This document shows, one piece after another, positions 47,842 through 59,994 of a DNA stretch of 60,801 nt (within the stretch, counting starts at the first letter, position 1; every line of letters starts with the position of its first letter). The position numbers and the translations under genes were made by a program. The notes under the pieces are model-generated. The model worked only from the letters and a program-made list of their open reading frames with translations, was not told the origin of the DNA and ran no database searches. The stretch comes from Catajapyx aquilonaris. Taxonomy: Eukaryota. The stretch covers positions 124,001 to 184,801 of the forward strand of contig KZ537983.1 in the NCBI GenBank assembly GCA_000934665.2, given 5' to 3'.

Positions 47842-50800
47842 TCACTTGGCATGTCTTGGAGCAGTGCCTATGTGGCACTGCTTGACTTTTGCGGCAAATC
47901 GGAGAGAATTGACGCTCTCAGCAAACCACTCAGCTCTTGGCGACAAGTTGACAAACATTAGAGCTTTTGACTGCCCTCCAAGGCAATCCATCAGAAGGAA
48001 AGTCAGCTTTGAATTCCGGAATGGAACATGGTCAGCCTGAAAGAAAATGTTACACACATTAGACCTGATGGCCCATGCTTGAAGATTTGATTTATGCGAA
48101 GCACATGATGTAAAACTTCATTTCACCTAGTCCAGGCATGGACAGATAGGTGCCAGTGACATCCTCTGACAGACATACATGTCAGAACATTATTTTGAGC
48201 TTTCTGTGTCTAGCCTTGCAAATCCTTTTGCTTATGTCTTATACAGGGTGAATCTCCCGAATGGCAACCCAAACATTCCTCAATAACTTTTTCACTTTGG
48301 TATGGTTGGTTCCTGATGAAAATTGACATGTACTTACCTTGTATCATGCTAAACAAAGTCTGACTAAAGAATATACCAAAAGTGGTCCCATCCAGAATCC
48401 AAGAATTTTTTAACCCTTTAATGCCTATACGGACATCATATGATGTCCTGCTGGTTTTTGAACTGGGAGCGCTCGAGTTTGCACAAAAATGGCGCAGTTT
48501 GAGGCTCAAACTGCTCCTACCACCTCGTGGAAGGGGGCTCAACTACCATATCGTATAATCAGTTTTTCCGCCTCCCAGCGGGAGCTAAACATACCCCCTC
48601 TCGCCTGAAAGTTTTTGACATGTGGCGTCTGCACTCGTAGGAATTTCTCAAAGTACAGTGTTTTAGTAGTATTATGTAACCATAGTAGCAATTTTATATT
48701 GACTTTAAAAATTTAAATAAATTTAATTATGGTTCGAGTTAATTGCACTTTAATTTTTTTTCTGGAACACCCTGAAGATGAATTCTTTCGGCATTTTACA
48801 TTCAAAAGGACCACCACGAGTTGAAATGATAAATATTGGAGCATATTGTTTTTCATTAATATTACTCCTACTAGATTTTTTTTTTCAAAAAGAGACTAAA
48901 ACGGCCAAAAACACTCAGCCATCAAAGGGTTAATGCGAGTCTGCATATTGCCGAAGATTCCTGCAGGTGTGGTGGCTGGAGGGCATCAATCTCCCACCCG
49001 CCGCGATCCATAAGGCATCTTTGAGAGCATCAGTTGTTCGAAGTCATATTTGTATACACACCCCTTCAACAAACTCAGTGAGAAAAAAAAAAAAACCCAT
49101 CATACCCCAAAACGAATTGGACTGTTCCCGTGGCCTTGACATGCCCTCTCACCAAGCAGGTGTTTCACTCCCCCCAGGTCAGTGTCCACATCTGCAGGAG
49201 TCTTCGGCAATATGCAGACGCGCATAAAAACATTCTTAGATGCTGGAGGGGACCACTTTTGGTATATTCTTTAGTCAGACCTTGTTTGGCATGATACAAG
49301 GTAAATACATGTCAATTTTCATCGCGAACCATACCATAGTTAAAAAGCTATTGAGGAATGTTTGGGTTTCCATTCGGGAGAATCACCCTGTATTAGTATT
49401 ACGGTGCAATACAAGACCTGATTTTAATAGTATTCGTATTGCTTCAAGGAAAGTCATATTTGGCTAACGAGATATAAGGTGAATCTACACTAGCAAGACA
49501 CAGCAGCCAATATGTGCAGGTTCAAGCCTTACATGCTGAGTGAGTGCCATTATCACATTCCCAAGGTTCGACAGAGATCTGTTGATATTTTTGGTCTCTG
49601 TGAGTCGCTCCCCTTCTGAGCCAGATTCTTTCAGCCTCTCGGAACCTGCCAAGTCCACCATGTTCAGAGTAGCCTTGCAGGACTCTGATGTCAGATCATT
49701 CTTTCCTGTAATCGCAAGCCTAAATATGGAGTGGGACCTCGAGGAATGCTCGTTGCAGCGGGTAGCTGCAACAGCTCTTTGCTTCTGAGCCCTCTTCATC
49801 AGCTGGAATAGTTTCTCCTCGCTCTCCACCACTTCAGCTTGCAAATTAGAGATTGTGACCTCTCCACCACAGATCTTGATTTCGTGGGTGGTGGCAGCAT
49901 TTGCCTTTGTTGACAACAGGTCCCGGATCTGTTCGTTATAAATCTCCAAAAAGCTGGCATGGAGATTGTACTCCCATCCCTTGTCACGCAGGCTGGCAAT
50001 AGTAGCAAAGATCTGGTTGATGGTCCGAGGAATTATTCCCATTGCTTCACCTGCGCTGCCTTCCATTGTGTATGTTTTGCCAGATCCAGTTTGTCCGTAG
50101 GCAAAGATGCATACATTGTACCCATCAAGGGCAGACTGTGGAACGAGACAATTTGGTTACATGGCAGTGTTTATCACCGTGACTTCTTTTAACATGAGTC
50201 AACTGCAGTGACTAAATGCACTCTTAAAACTCGAAATGATAACTTAAGCAAGCATACCTGGACAAGTTGCGAGATCTCCGAGAAAACCATCTCCTGGGAG
50301 GCATCTGGGGTGAAAACTTGATCAAAGCTGAACTCGTATTTAATAGCATTACCAGACTTCGACTTCTGCTGACTCTCATCCACGTGTTCATCTGTCATAT
50401 ATAAAAAGTCAATTAATTAATATGCAACAAATCCAGATCAACTAAATTATCAGGTTGTGTACGTTCCATTGTCAACTTTCACTGTTCAAATACGAGGGCG
50501 AATCAGAAAGTAATTGAAAACCTTTTTAATTCAGAAGTTTCACTCGAGACACTGAAAATGAGATATACATATGCAAGCGCAAGTCTTTCTCTAATTTTAT
50601 ACAATCTCGCCATACACATTTGGTGCACTTCTTAGAGCTTAGACACTTGTCCCAGTGGGACACTAGTTTTTCCATATCCCTGCAGAAAAAAGCGTCACAA
50701 CGGGTAGGAAGCCAGGGGCGGATGGACACTTCCTAGATGTAGGTGAAGTTATGACCTGCCAGGTGCTTCTTCATTGGTCCTAAGAGATGGTAGACCATGG

Positions 50801-51665
50801 TTAAAACCATCTCTTTGGATTAAAAAAGAAGCACTAGCTTCTCAAGACCTCAGAGACATCGAGGAAGTGAAAGAGGCCATCCCACACTGGCTTCCCACCT
50901 TCGCAGAAGTTCTGACCTGCCAAGTGCTACTTTTTTGGCCCCAAGAGATGGTTTTAACCATGGTCTACCATCTCTTTGGACCAATACAGAAGCACCTGGC
51001 AGGTCATAACTTCAGCGACATCGAGGAAGTGAAAGAGGCTACCCCCCACTGGCTTCCCACATAGTCTGACGCTTTTTCTGCAGGGGTATGGAAATGCTAA
51101 TGTCCCGCTGGGACACATGCCCCAAAGTGTATGGTGACTATGTCTAAAATTAGAGAAAGACTTTCATATGTAGATCTCAGTTTCTCTTGTGAAACGTCAT
51201 TATTTACAAAGTTTTCAATTACTTTCTGATTCGTCCTCGTAGCTTTTACATGGGATTGAAGAAGCCATAAATATGTAACACAATCTCTCCCTCCCTGCTT
51301 TTGGAGGCAGGGAGGAAAATAAATATTATTATTATTGGGGGAGGTGTGGTGGCCATGATGGTAACATCACGGCTTGCTGAGTGAAAGGCCCCAGGTTCGA
51401 TCCCCGCCTGGGGAACTTTCCTTTCACCTGCGTCAGGAGGGTCTCTGACCTGCACCAAGGAGGTGTCTGGCAACCTAACCTCCTGGGGGACAGCACATGA
51501 CCCCTTTACCGACATTGCACTTGCACAGCTATATGTTCTCTCCCCAAAAATCCCTATCCCTACCCTACATCCTTGTCTCCTTGCACCTGAGTATGAAGTT
51601 AAGGAGTGATAATGGTGGTATCCCACCCCCCCTAAAAAGGCTAAGCCTTAGCACGGGGTAACGTA

Positions 51666-51736
<71 letters not shown>

Positions 51737-54700
51737 GTAACACAATCTCTGATTGTAACTCCACCTTGATATAGTTGTGAGGCTTAAAAGCTACCAAAAT
51801 TGATCATCATTTAGCCCTGGTAGAAAAATTAAACTGTATACCGGTATACATATTTTTCGCACTTCAGATCTCTCCCTACAGCCTTTTGTCACTTAGAAAC
51901 CTGCAAACTTGCAGAGAAGCATTATTTTGGCCCCAGTGTCCCAGTTGAATGGTTTCTTTTGCATTCCTAAGACCTCTCTTTCCATCCCCACCATTATGCA
52001 CACTTTTCACTGAAACATTTCATACAAGGAGCCAAGTACTGCAGTCAGATGTAAGAAGACCGTAACTCAAAAACTCGTAAGGGTGAATGTCACATGCATG
52101 TCCTGCACTAATCCACCCTGAGTCATGGGGGATTAGTGCAGGACATGCATGCGACTTTCACCCTTACTAGTTTTTGAGTTACGGTCTTCTTACGTCTGAC
52201 GGCAGAGTAGGTGCCCTCCAGAAATCATGCCATAGTTGTTAGCATTCAAAATAAAAAGTAACGTAACATTACTGATTGGTATGCCTCTTTCTGAAACTGT
52301 TGAAGTAGCATTTTTAACAAATTACTCGAGTCTTTCACAGGGTGTCTAGCTAATCTAAGGAAAAAAATTCTGATATTTCTAGGTTCTCTGGTGCTTATTT
52401 GAACTAATTTCCCTGATCTGTAAAGTTTGTATGGTGCGATTTGTGTTGATGTTTGTTGGGAAAACACCAAAAAATACAAGCAGTTAGATGACAAATGATA
52501 ATTATGTTAACAGAAGGAGGTGACCTTTGCACAGCCATTCTTCCCTCACTTCCTCCGACTCTTAGCTAAGTCAGGGGCACCTGGTGGCAAGGTGCCCAAC
52601 CAGGGCCCAACTTCCACCAGAGGTGGAGCTGGTGGCAAAGCGGATAGCCATAGTTGCTTTCAGCTCATTCCCAATCATCATAATCATGCTTCACTAAAAT
52701 CGTATTTCTCACGTAACCAAGGCCCACAAATATAACCATAAGTCCATAAATTATGAAAATCTCGGCTCAGGCATGTGTGCAATCACCAGGCAAATGGCAA
52801 AGTTATATAGATACGAAAATGAACTCACCTGAGGGCCGGAACAATTTCAGGCTATTATCATCTGGGAACTGGATGTGGTTGATAGTTCCATCACCTTTGC
52901 CATTAATCTCACTTCCAAGTAGTGGACGGACCCGGCAAAACACCCGAATGTTCCCTTTGAGTTCCTGAAGGGTGTTATTTAAAATTCTGCGGCGTGATTC
53001 TTCAAGGCGTAGGCTGCTATTAATAACTTCCACACGGGCAGTGAGGTCAGATATGTGAAGCTTTTGCGCAACACTGGTGGCTTCACACTGGCGACGGGCT
53101 TCGCGCTCTTCTGCAAGCTGGTTTCTCACGATTTCCAGTTCAGAACTAGTGTGGTCCAGGGATGCCTGCCATTTAAAAAATAGGTTTTGTGATTTGATCT
53201 GTGAGCTCCTTCAACATGTCTTAACAGGATCAATTTGCATGCCAAATAAAAAAATTCCACATAAACAAACATACCTTCAGTTCCTGATTTTCTGCTTCAA
53301 GGGTGGTACTGTGGCACTTAGCATCATCTCGTTCATGGGACACCTTTATCAATTCTTCATTCCTTTCACTGGAAGAGATTGATTTAAAACCAGCTCCTGC
53401 TATAAAAGTGCAACTGATACTAACCTCAGCTGCTCCTTGAGAGTAGCAATTTCTTCTGCCGCTTTTTTCATTTTACTTTCCAAATCAGAAATTTTGCCTC
53501 GGAGATCCCACGGGGCACGTGTTGACTGGCCTGTCAAAAACAAGTCTTATTTGAACCTTAAAACTTTCAATTACATTCCAGTCACTTCCACTAGAAACAC
53601 TGCATGCTTCACTTTTCTGGATGATCATAAGTCAATTGTTACATACTCTTAACATTCATATGTAAACAGCAAAACACTGCTTTCAATATGAATTTTTCCC
53701 AATAGTATTTTGTACTGTTTATTGCCAACATAATTATGGCAGCAAGCAAAGAGGGCACACCTAAGGACTAAATGCCACATACCCAAGGTGGCAGTCCTAA
53801 GTAATTGTGTTCAACCTGAAGTTTTGATGAACCATGATTGTAACTGGCTCTAATGCACATGTCAAATGTGCTCTTGCATGACACCCACCAAAAAGCATTT
53901 AACCTACCAGTTGGCTTCTTGGTGGTATTTTCATTATGTGATGGAGCTAGAGCAACCCTGCTACTGGCAGGGCCCACCTTCGCCTTTCTGGTAGCTGACT
54001 GTACAGCATAGCGTGAAGTTGCTTTGGATGCAGCAGGTTGGGTGCAGTTTTCCACTGCTGATGGCGGCACACGTTTTTTTATAGCATCTGAAACTGTTGA
54101 GCAGACCTTAGTGAAAACAGAAGCACTCTGGTGAAAGTGAAACATGTGAACGTAATCAATTCATCCTTGCATTAGACATCTCAGCAAGTTTCATTACACC
54201 CTGGAATTTCACTCATATGTGAAGGGGGAAAAATATCACCACTGCAGGTTCCACCAGCCTTTTGCTCAGCTGTGATCTTCACAATGGTTGAACAATAAGG
54301 GATTTCAGATGATCATATATTAATCTCAGATTACTTGACGTAGTTGAATCAGGTACAGTGCTTTTTCTTCTTCTTCAGATAAACAAAATGGGAAAAATTC
54401 CAAATGACATACTTTGTAATGTATCTGACATGAAGCAATAACCTTTTCACCAACAGCTTGAGTGACAGCTTCAATTGTCTCTATAAACATGGATAGCAAT
54501 CCCCTTAACATGTGAATGTACTAGTAAGATTATGCATATGTCAAAATCATATCACAATGACACAATTTTAATCCCTGTACTGTACAATGTAACCGTCTTG
54601 TAGTGGAAATTTGCCTATTGGGAATTTTTTATACTGTAGCAGCAAGATTGTATTTCCATGTAATTGTGTCCAATAGACCAGAATCTGTCTAGCATGGACA

Positions 54701-57504
54701 CAGTTAAGTTATTCCAGGGAAAATAATCCAAGATTATAGCAGAAATAAGACTACATTAAAATTAATGCAACTGCACCACTTTTTCTAACCAAGAGGTAAA
54801 AAAATTGTGAAAAGTCCCACAAATTTGGTGCTCAACACGCAACCAGACTTGAGTAAACAATCCTAAGACATGTTAATGCAGCTCAAATTCTTTTTACTAG
54901 TCTATTACAGGCTGATATATATAGGGTGTTTGTTACTAGTCCAGCCAACAGCCATCAGCGTATTCCTTGGGCCAAAACAAATCGAAAATGTAGGGGGGGA
55001 AATGTCGAGGGAACCGTTAACGAGGTCGACGACCTGAAACATTAGGCGGTGGTTGCCAAAGTTGCAAGATATGAGCGGTGATAAATCACTTCTGTGAAGC
55101 AGGTGAACTTGCAAATCCCAACAGTCCCGATTTTCACACATATTCTGCTCCTTCCACAACCATTGACCAAGGTTTCTGGTCAAGGTCATATTAAAGGTTG
55201 CTCCCTCTACATATTCTTTTGGCTCAAGGAATATGCTGATGCCTGTTGGCTGGACTAGTAACAATCATCCTGTTAGGACCTTACATGATGCGGCATATTT
55301 TTCTGGAATGGAGCTACTTTGTTATGTACAGGTCTCCCTGTGTTGAGACAACTCCTCTCTCATTTTCAGATGGGGTCAACAGAATGGCATGTTATGGAAA
55401 CTAAAGGGAATAATGTTTGTTCAACATGAAGGTTGACAAAATTTTGGATGCACAAGATCAAGATTGCAGCACTCCTTATTATCAGAGCTAATTAATGCAG
55501 GGGTTACCCAGAAAAACAAGTGACCCAAAAATGATCATAGACACTAAAAATGAGCTATTCACAGGCTTTTAATGCACTACTATACATACTGTGTGCTGCT
55601 TTAAATCAAGTTTAATCAAAATAAAACAAAACTTGTTTGCAACAGTTTTATACTACTCTACCAGTTACCACCCAGTGCCTAACAACCAAGTCGTGGGCCA
55701 GGCCCAGAATTTTTCTACAGTTTACTCGCTGCTCCTTCAACAACTACATTGGAGCCCGGCATGGTGGTCTAGTGGTTATGCCACTGGCCAGCCAAGCGGG
55801 AGGCCGGGATTCAAATCCCTTGCCCATCACCTCTGCTTGGCCAGGTCTTTTTCCGCTTTTCACCCGACATGCCGGAGCAGAATTGCTCTCCCTTCTCTGC
55901 CCGGGGCCAGGAGAAAAGGCCTGGTGTTAAATAATGTCAGAAATGGCTATCGCATGGCACCCTCCCTTGGGAACTTCCCCTTCCCCCCCAAGAGGGCCTC
56001 TAGCCCTATCACTGTGTTAAAAATAATAATAATAATAATAAAAAACTACATTGGAGCTATAGTCCCCGGCGGGTTAACTTGGCAGTCCCCCCACCCTACA
56101 CTCCCAGCCAATGGCGTGCCTGGATTGGGTTGGGGGGTAACGGAGGAGTCGAGGTGGAGCTGAGGTGGAGTGGGGCTGAGTGACATTCACCGGAACATCC
56201 GCAGGATCAGTCGCGGGAAGCTAGGCCGGATGCTTGAAACCATGTGTACAAATTGTAATTAAAGGTTTGCTTTAAGATGTGTGTCGCAACAATTCACGTC
56301 ATCAATATTTCCCATTTTAATTGTCATCACAGTAGTCCTTAAGAGGTCAGCGTGGCGGAGGGATGTGACGTAGAAGGCAGCGAGAGGTAGGGCAACGAGG
56401 TTGGGGCTATGGGATAGAGGGGATAGAGCTTGGGGTAGAGGAGGTAGGCAGCGGAGGGGAGAGGTGGGGGGGCAAAAGGGGGCGTTGCCAGAAACCCCCA
56501 CCCTGCCACGTTAGGAGGGAGTCTACTATAGCCATGGCCTTTTTTTCCTGCAATTGGCATTATGCAGTGGGTGTGGGTCATTTCACCGACACCCTCCCGG
56601 CCGACAGGTTATTTCACCGACATACCTGTTCCACCGACATACCTGTTCCACCGACAAGCCATTGCACCGACAAGGAGGTTCCCCGTCAGTCATTTGATCG
56701 ACAAAGTTACCCACACAATTCTGATACAAAAACTATCCAGTCACTGGAGAGACGGGGTCCAGATCACACCTCATTTTCACAGCGCCCCTTATGGAAGGAA
56801 CCACCTGACAGATGTCTCCCATTTCTATAAAATATAAACGGAATATACATTTCCAATTACATTGCATGAATGAAATACCTGTAGTCAGACACCCTGACAA
56901 CAACTGCTTACCGGGGAAGCTGCAGGTGACGACCTGATTCGCTAAAAGATATTCTCGTGGGAAACGTGAAAATGAGGTGTGATCTGGACCCCGTCTCTCT
57001 AGGGACTGGATGGTTTTCATATCGGAATTGTGTGGGTAAATTTGTCGATCAAATGACTGTCGGTGAAACGCCCTGTCAGGGAACCTCCTTGTCGGTGAAA
57101 TGGCTTGTCAGTGGAATGGGTATGTCGGTGGAATCTGGAATGGCCTGTCGGCCAGGTGGGTGTCGGTGAAATGACCCACTCCGTTATGCAGCACTCCCAC
57201 CCAAGAAGTAAAAATGTAAGTTCGTTCATCCAACTACTACCTGCTCACCATTAGGTTTTCCTCGCTTTGCTGCCGCTGCTGCTACGGCCATGCCATTCAG
57301 ATCATTGGCACTGAGAGAGCGCTTCCTCAGCCTCCCTACCATGGTTCTTGCAGGAAACGTTGCTTGGTTCTTGGTAGGCTGTGGCTTATGCTTTCCGGCG
57401 GATGGCATTGGAATACGACTCGTCCCAGTTGCTGCCGACTGTCCGGCTGGTGGCGTGACCAACACCTCAGGCCCCTCTGACCCGTTGAGGTCACCATCTG
57501 CCAT
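47842..57504 (-). CDS. Kinesin-14 family C-terminal motor protein (Ncd/KIFC1-like)
   Basis: Basic N-terminal tail exons (about 57248-57507, 53905-54105) and a coiled coil. Neck [16 protein letters not shown] (52829-53166), P-loop [19 protein letters not shown] and VDLAGSE (49533-50135), last exon [15 protein letters not shown] (47842-48036). The start ATG at 57504 is inferred. Confidence 0.93.
48244..49390. mobile_element. Tc1/mariner-type foldback MITE with TA TSD
   Basis: TA|CAGGGTGAATCTCCCGAATGG ... CCATTCGGGAGAATCACCCTG|TA; inverted arms over 200 bp. Confidence 0.85.
48414..48929. mobile_element. piggyBac-like MITE nested in the Tc1-type element
   Basis: TTAA|CCCTTTAATGCCT ... AGCCATCAAAGGG|TTAA. 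Confidence 0.75.
50493..51239. mobile_element. Mariner-derived non-autonomous element with transposase C-terminal remnants
   Basis: TA|CGAGGGCGAATCAGAAAGTAATTGAAAAC ... GTTTTCAATTACTTTCTGATTCGTCCTCG|TA. Degenerate translation [48 protein letters not shown] resembles a mariner transposase C-terminus. Confidence 0.85.
51337..51735 (+). mobile_element. tRNA-derived SINE, family 1 (kinesin intron) with (AAT)/(ATT)n tail
   Basis: Near-identical to the 22957 copy over about 200 nt; A and B boxes; simple-repeat tail. Confidence 0.88.
52037..52209. mobile_element. Palindromic MITE family B (kinesin intron)
   Basis: Hairpin TACTGCAGTCAGATGTAAGAAGACCGTAACTC ... GAGTTACGGTCTTCTTACGTCTGACGGCAG. Confidence 0.75.
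54923..55271. mobile_element. MITE with about 50-bp TIRs
   Basis: TTGTTACTAGTCCAGCCAACAGCCATCAGCGTATTCCTTGGGCCAAAA / TTTTGGCTCAAGGAATATGCTGATGCCTGTTGGCTGGACTAGTAACAA. Confidence 0.75.
55756..56043 (+). mobile_element. tRNA-derived SINE, family 2
   Basis: TGGTCTAGTGG A box, GATTCAAATCCC B-box-like motif, (AAT)n tail, 14-bp TSD AACTACATTGGAGC (55742 / 56044). Confidence 0.8.
56573..57179. mobile_element. Foldback element with about 210-bp arms and internal (CACCGACA) subrepeats
   Basis: Arms 56573-56780 and 56966-57179 are reverse complements, each with multiple CACCGACA units. Confidence 0.8.
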
Positions 57505-57925
57505 CACCTAATTAAAGGACCAATCAAATGATGCATCAACCCCATTTGATAGTCTGTAGAGTGTAGACAGTGGGTCTTTGTGTCTCACCTTATTCCTTTT
57601 CAGACCAACTGGTAATCTGGCTTGACAAACAATAGCCTCTGTCGCCTTGCCGACCACTGATGGCTAGCGGCGGTTGCAGGAACCCTGCCGCAGACGTACG
57701 GGTACAGATGAACCGAGGGGTAAATCAGGTCCGGTTGTTTGCAGGTCCACTAAAGCACTGCCCCTCGACCGGGACTCACTGGCTGACCATGCACCAAATG
57801 CAGCAGACGTCTCCTCCAGCAAGTGCTGTACTAAATTGCACTACTGCTCTTGCATAGACCTTACTAGGACATGCTTCCAAAGTTCAAGCGCGACAACAAG
57901 GACGAACGACCAACGACGGTTACTT

Positions 57926-57977
57926 TTCAAATGCATCCTTTTTTATGAATATCGATAATTATAGAGGAATATCGATA
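57926..57977 (-). promoter_or_regulatory. Two DRE motifs (TATCGATA) and a CHR-like TTTGAA upstream of kinesin-14
   Basis: TATCGATA at 57950-57957 and 57970-57977; TTTGAA (-) at 57926-57931, just upstream of putative 5'-UTR exons with gtaag/gtgag donors. Confidence 0.55.
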
Positions 57978-59016
57978 CGACACAATTATCCTTTTATTAC
58001 TGAAATATTTAATGATTTAAGCAGATTTTACAAATATAAAATTCGTCCCGTGGTACAGTACTACCTGCATCTTTACGACTATTAATTTATTGAGCAATGC
58101 AGCCTATAATTATTGTACTATACGATTCGATATTTTTACATTCCGATTTTTGAGGAGCCGAGGCGTGATTGGCCCAGTCGGACAGAAGCGACGGTGGCGC
58201 CTTTCAAAGTGGTTAGCGGCCTTTTAAAGCAACTCGAACTTGCGCTTCTTTCAAACGTGAATCCTTCAGTTATGCCAGGGATTACTTACATGTAGTAATT
58301 AATCCCTGCCATAGTGTTATTTCCTAAAACGGAAATATACAAGCTAGTCTCAAGTATCAGGTTCTTGAATTCCATTGGTTTTGCCGTTTGAGGAAGAGGT
58401 TAAACGACCCCATTATCAGTACGAGTGTTGCAACAATACCATATATGAGGTTGTCTCAATTGTCCAGTACTGTGCTACAAGTATACTCAAATGTATAGCA
58501 ACAATGTGAATAATGCAGTATAAGTAGCAGAGCAGCCTCCTTTTATGACGTAGATCACACAAAATAGCAGTGGAAGTTCAGCACTCCATTGCGCCTCCCA
58601 CTGGAACTAGGTATGAATAAGGCAGAATATAGGTTACATAATATGACCCTTTATTACCATCTGCCTACTCTTGCTGTTTTGATTGGTATGCCTGAGCAGC
58701 TTGCTTGAGAATGCAGAAACATATTGATGCACATGGCTACAAAAAGGAAAATAAGCCAAGTTGAACAGCAGGGATTGAAAAAGAATCTTGAATAATAATC
58801 ATCAGAACTGTAACACACTGTTGGACGTCCAACAACCACCACAGAAGGCTGAAATAGCGATACTGTTTAAGAATTACACCATTGCGTGGTTTAGTTCATA
58901 GACTCTTACTACCTGCAGTGCATATAGTTTCAGTAGTCAAAGCGGGTCAAAGTCAGTGACATTACAATGGAGATATGAAAAGTCAGTGGCAACATTGTAA
59001 TGCACTTCTCCAGTTG

Positions 59017-59366
59017 CATTTTGTAATTAACCCCACAGGCCGTGGGCCCTTTCGGAGGGGGGGGGGGGGGGGGNGGGGCCCTCCATTTTCCAGAATTAAC
59101 TTCAATCTCTGGTGCAAGGAATCAAAGACGTAGGGCAGCTGATGTAGGGTGAGGATAGGGATTTTCGGGGAGGGGACACTGGTGCAGGTGAAATGTTTCA
59201 ATAATGAGCCATGTGCAGTCCCGCAGGAGGTTAGGTTGCCAGACACCTCCTCGGTACAGGTCAGAGACCCTCCCGATCCAGGTGAAAGGAAACTCCCAGG
59301 TGGGGATCGAACCTGGGACCTTACACTCAGCAAGCAGAGACGTTACCATCTCGGCCACCACACCTC
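59017..59366 (-). mobile_element. tRNA-derived SINE, family 1 (more diverged copy)
   Basis: Same head and GGAGGTGTCTGGCAACCTAACCTCC body on the minus strand; flanking direct repeat CTCCAGTTG (59008 / 59367). Confidence 0.82.
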
Positions 59367-59799
59367 CTCCAGTTGTAGGAGTTACACTCTGCCAACATAG
59401 AAATAATCCTTTTTGGACACGTGCATTATCATCGATGAAGTCCCACGATTTCTTCCACAAACAGGATCGACAGCTGAAAAGGAAGACCAGGGAAGACCCG
59501 AGACACCACGCAATATTCAAACTAAAAGTCAATTTTTAGCCAGTGTATTTTAATTGTAAAAACATGCTAATTACAAAAGCTTATACGCATAAATTATGAA
59601 CACATTAAAACTTTTTGACAGGTATGAGGAAGGATTGAGATTCTAAAAGGAACTTATCTTCACATATTTTTAAGAGATTGCTTTTACCAATAATAAGATA
59701 AGTAGGCACATGTACTATGCCTTATTAAAACTTTGCCTTAGCATTCTACTCATAGAGAGGGGAATATATTGTTAAAAGACAACTGCTCAGCTTGCTTGA

Positions 59800-59994
59800 T
59801 TACTTCGCACGTTTCCGAGCAGTACCTATGTGGCACTGGTTGACTTTAGCAGCAAATCGTAGAGAATTGACGCTCTCAGCGAACCACTCAGCTTTTGGAG
59901 ACACGTTCACAAACATCAGGGCTTTCGACTGCCCCCCAAGGCAATCCATCAGAAGGAACGTGAGCTTCGAATTCCGGAATGGAACATGGTCAGC
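59800..59994 (-). CDS. Terminal exon of a second kinesin-14 paralogue (rest outside window or disrupted)
   Basis: 195-nt exon [64 protein letters not shown] with an intact AG acceptor; colinear with 47842-48036. Confidence 0.85.
   Translation of the reverse strand, partial: ADHVPFRNSKLTFLLMDCLGGQSKALMFVNVSPKAEWFAESVNSLRFAAKVNQCHIGTARKRAK

Noticed and set aside
50774..51064. Active transposase gene
   Set aside because: Only a duplicated, stop-containing C-terminal remnant with no catalytic or DNA-binding domain.
56573..57179. CRISPR-like short repeats (CACCGACA units)
   Set aside because: Irregular spacing, mirror symmetry, eukaryotic intron and no cas genes; they are subterminal repeats of a foldback transposon.
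47842..59994. Mutually exclusive terminal exons of a single kinesin gene
   Set aside because: The second exon lies upstream of the first gene's 5' end on the minus strand, so it cannot be an alternative last exon of that gene.
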